A program made the translations under genes and the position numbers. Source: Acaryochloris thomasi RCC1774 (GTDB lineage: Bacteria; Cyanobacteriota; Cyanobacteriia; Thermosynechococcales; Thermosynechococcaceae). From it: a stretch of 32,000 nucleotides of DNA. The stretch covers positions 24,931 through 56,930 of the forward strand of contig NZ_PQWO01000023.1 of assembly GCF_003231495.1 (NCBI RefSeq). Reading direction: 5' to 3'. Under the pieces are notes generated by a model. The model searched no databases. It was not told the origin of the DNA and worked only from the letters and a program-made list of their open reading frames with translations. This document shows positions 29,541 to 32,000 of this stretch, one piece after another (position 1 is the first letter of the stretch; every line of letters starts with the position of its first letter).

Positions 29541-30807
29541 ACCCTTGCAGCAGATAGCTTTGGTGGACGCCAACAACTTTTACATTTCAGCAGAGCGCGT
29601 ATTCAATCCGGCCTGGAAACGTAGGCCCCTGGCTTGTTTGAGTAACAATGATGGCTGTCTTGTGAGTCGATCTAATGAAGTTAAAGACGCTGGTATTCCT
29701 ATGGGTGCCCCTTATTTCAAAGTTCGTGCTCAGCTAGAGGATATCAATGCGGTGATTGTCTCCAGCAATTACACGCTTTACGGGAATATGTCAGCACGGG
29801 TAATGGAGGTTCTAGGGCAATTCACCCCCGACGTAGAGGTCTATTCGATTGACGAGGCATGGCTTGATCTCTCTGGATTTTGCCATCTCTCGCTCGATGC
29901 CTATGCCCGCGAGATTGCGGCAACAACCTACAGACATACCGGCATCCCCGTCAGTATTGGTATCGCACCTACAAAAGTGCTGGCTAAAATCGCCAACCGC
30001 ATTTGTAAGCAGCGGAAGATTCCGGGACAGGTCTTCAATCTAGGCAGCGCAGACTCTCTCGATGATGTCCTTGCTTCCATTGAGGTGCAGGATATTTGGG
30101 GCATAGGACGGCGCTTGTCGAAGAAGCTCCAGGCCACTGGCATCCACACTGCTAAAGACTTACGAGATGCCGATCCTGACTCTATGCGAAGGCAATACAG
30201 CGTAGTGATGCAGCGCCTAATTCTAGAGCTGCGGGGTGTTCCGTGCATCGGACTAGAGGACATTCAGCCCAAGAAGCAAATCATCTCTTCAAGATCCTTC
30301 GGGCAGCGAGTAGAGGAGCTGGAGCCGCTGCTGCAGTCTGTGGCCATGCACGCGACCAAGGCAGGGGAGAAGTTGCGATCGCAAGGCTCGGCCTGCAGTG
30401 CGATACAGGTTTCTATTCGCACCGGCAGGCATAATCCCGATGAGGAGTACTACTCGCAGTCTGCATTAGCTAGGTTCCCGATACCCACGGCTGACACTCG
30501 TAAGCTGATTAATGCAGCAGGGCAAGCACTACGGAGAATCTATCGGAAAGGGCGACGGTATGCGAAGGCGGGGGTGATGCTGCTGGATATCTCCCAGGCT
30601 AATGCAATGCAGGGCCATCTCTTTCAGGAAAGGGATAGTGAGAAGGCGATCGCGCTAATGAGTGCGATCGATCAGCTCAATCGGATTTACGGACGGCGGG
30701 CGGTCTTTTTCGCTAGCGAGGGCTGCAGCAAACAGTGGGCGATGAAGCGCGAGAGGATGACGCAGGCGTTTACGACAAGATGGGAAGATGTGCCGGTGGT
30801 GCGGTAA
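29518..30807 (+). CDS. umuC: UmuC-like Y-family DNA polymerase
   Basis: IALVDANNFYISAERVFNP, SNNDGC, SIDEAWLDL, IGIAPTKVLAKIAN, IWGIGRR motifs; start ambiguous (GTG at 29518 overlaps umuD by 23 nt; an internal TTG just before IALVD is possible). Confidence 0.9.
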   Translation: MFSGKRSKPLQQIALVDANNFYISAERVFNPAWKRRPLACLSNNDGCLVSRSNEVKDAGIPMGAPYFKVRAQLEDINAVIVSSNYTLYGNMSARVMEVLGQFTPDVEVYSIDEAWLDLSGFCHLSLDAYAREIAATTYRHTGIPVSIGIAPTKVLAKIANRICKQRKIPGQVFNLGSADSLDDVLASIEVQDIWGIGRRLSKKLQATGIHTAKDLRDADPDSMRRQYSVVMQRLILELRGVPCIGLEDIQPKKQIISSRSFGQRVEELEPLLQSVAMHATKAGEKLRSQGSACSAIQVSIRTGRHNPDEEYYSQSALARFPIPTADTRKLINAAGQALRRIYRKGRRYAKAGVMLLDISQANAMQGHLFQERDSEKAIALMSAIDQLNRIYGRRAVFFASEGCSKQWAMKRERMTQAFTTRWEDVPVVR

Positions 30808-30840
30808 ACAAGATCTGTAATTTGATTTTGAGGATTGAAT

Positions 30841-31203
30841 ATGTCCAGTCGTTCTCCGTTTGTTGATCAAGCGGTTGCCCATCTCAATCAGGTTGCGCCG
30901 GTAACGGCACGGTTCATGTTTGGCGGTTATGGCTTATTTGTAGAGGGAGTGATGATCGCCCTGATTGCCGATGATGTCCTCTATTTCAAGGTTGATGATC
31001 AGAACCGAGAGGACTACATTGAAGCAGTCTCAGAACCTTTCACCTACTACGGAAAAGGCAAACCCATCCAGATGTCTTACTATCGTTTGCCAAGTGAGGT
31101 CTTTGATAATCTAGAACAGCTCGTGCAGTGGGTGGAAGCGTCCCAAGCTGCCGCTGCTCGGTCAAAGTCCAAATCTAAACGCACTCAGAAAGAATCGTTA
31201 TGA
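30841..31203 (+). CDS. TfoX N-terminal domain protein
   Basis: RFMFGGYGLFVEGVMIALIADDVLYFKVDD...YYRLPSEVFDN pattern of TfoX_N; GAGGA RBS 6 nt before the ATG at 30841; 33 nt after the umuC stop. Confidence 0.75.
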   Translation: MSSRSPFVDQAVAHLNQVAPVTARFMFGGYGLFVEGVMIALIADDVLYFKVDDQNREDYIEAVSEPFTYYGKGKPIQMSYYRLPSEVFDNLEQLVQWVEASQAAAARSKSKSKRTQKESL

Positions 31204-31211
31204 AAGCCCAA

Positions 31212-31715
31212 TTACAGTAAATTGAGAAACTGGGTGACGGTATACCCTTCGCGTCCGTCAGACAGCCGTACTTTTCTCCAGCGGTACGAATTACTTGTCA
31301 CTGAGAACTCTTGTGTCAGTGCGAAGATGCACTGGTTCTTATCCAGAGTCTGAACAACACTTGAGTCAAGGCTCGGCAGGCGGCGTACATTGACGGATTC
31401 AGCATTAATACATGCACTTTCGCTTTGGATTAATTTAGCCGACTTGGGATACGGTTCACTTACACGAGGGGCTGTGGTTCGACTGGGCGAGGAAGTCGGC
31501 GTCGATCGTCGTGGACTGCTGGGAGAGCTTGGTGCAGTGGGAGTACCTGAATTGTGGCAGTGATAACTCCCTGTCTTACTATTATTGTGGCATCCACTTG
31601 CATTGGTTCGGCCAGAATGAGCCAATGCACTGACGGTAGCTATGGCAAGGAAAGAGATTACAAGAGAACTAGCAGAAGTAATTTTTTGGCCTGTTGTCAA
31701 CTTAAGAGAGCGCAT
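31212..31715 (-). CDS. Secreted YHYH-motif protein with C-terminal SH3b-like domain
   Basis: Start at the internal ATG 31715 (MRSLKLTTGQKITSASSLVISFLAIATVSALA signal); AHSGRTNASGCHNNSKTGSYHCH (YHYH-type); Pro/Ser/Thr linker; VNVRRLPSLDSSVVQTL...WRKVRLSDGREGYV SH3b-like. Confidence 0.7.
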   Translation of the reverse strand: MRSLKLTTGQKITSASSLVISFLAIATVSALAHSGRTNASGCHNNSKTGSYHCHNSGTPTAPSSPSSPRRSTPTSSPSRTTAPRVSEPYPKSAKLIQSESACINAESVNVRRLPSLDSSVVQTLDKNQCIFALTQEFSVTSNSYRWRKVRLSDGREGYTVTQFLNLL

Positions 31716-31758
31716 ATTTTTACCCGAGCCATCAGCTAAATAGTGCCCATAATCATTA

Positions 31759-31998
31759 CTACCTCTCACAACCAACTCCATCCCGATTCCCATCAAACCG
31801 ATGGGGGTCAGCCCCTACCACCCGGAACCGACGGTAGCTGATATCCCCACAATCTAGATCAGGCGGAGCTGAGGGAATGCAAACATCTGGATAAGAGCGA
31901 TCGCATCCTGACCGCGAAGGAGTAGCAGTTTTGGGAACAGATAGGGTTGGCTTCGGCTGTACCTTTGCTCGAATACCTTTGCGAAAATCCCACGGCAT
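31759..31998 (-). CDS. Excalibur calcium-binding domain protein (possibly 5'-truncated by the window edge)
   Basis: CDRSYPDVCIPSAPPDLDCGDISYRRFRVVGADPHRFDGNRDGVGCE matches the Excalibur DxDxDGxxCE pattern; the ATG lies 2 nt from the window end, so the true start is uncertain. Confidence 0.65.
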   Translation of the reverse strand: MPWDFRKGIRAKVQPKPTLSVPKTATPSRSGCDRSYPDVCIPSAPPDLDCGDISYRRFRVVGADPHRFDGNRDGVGCER

Positions 31999-32000
31999 AA

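Noticed and set aside
1-32000. Looked for CRISPR arrays, tRNA/rRNA genes, intact IS transposases, retron or group II intron signatures
   Set aside because: No regularly spaced direct repeats, no cloverleaf-like or rRNA-like conserved strings, and no DDE or reverse-transcriptase motifs were recognised in any ORF. Absence is judged by eye only.

Overview
All calls below come from reading the sequence and ORF track by eye, with no searches run. The DNA looks cyanobacterial because it carries many HIP1 octamers (GCGATCGC). It is most likely a plasmid or accessory island, given parA, vapBC, umuDC and several decayed genes.

**1-20 kb: heavy-metal resistance island.**
- copA, a separate Met-rich ORF, and copB.
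- A second Tat-exported multicopper oxidase with a TVP38 membrane protein and a methyltransferase.
- A thioredoxin-like gene.
- An efflux operon: membrane-fusion protein, lipoprotein, RND pump.
- vapBC, a DUF411/CopG-like gene, and two TPR proteins.
- An ArsR/SmtB repressor with a P1B-type ATPase.
- Four near-identical MerR-type (ZntR/CadR/PbrR-like) operator-promoters tie several of these units together. The only merR-like gene I can find is a 45-codon stump.

**20.4-25.5 kb: AT-richer, HIP1-free module.**
- A small Zn-ribbon ORF and a YaaC-like protein.
- About 1.4 kb of non-coding DNA.
- A FimB/FimE-like tyrosine recombinase.
- A parA-adaptor operon bracketed by long palindromes.

The best lead is in this module. 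Imperfect inverted repeats of about 85 bp flank an 869-bp AT-rich segment directly upstream of the recombinase, which makes it a candidate invertible switch. The competing explanation is an inverted partial duplication that left a decayed recombinase copy.

**25.5-32 kb: mixed accessory genes.**
- An HNH nuclease, a trypco2-like orphan, and a nuclease remnant.
- An overlapping cassette of unknown genes.
- umuD-umuC-tfoX(N).
- Secreted YHYH/SH3 and Excalibur proteins.

I recognised no rRNA, tRNA, CRISPR array or intact transposase.
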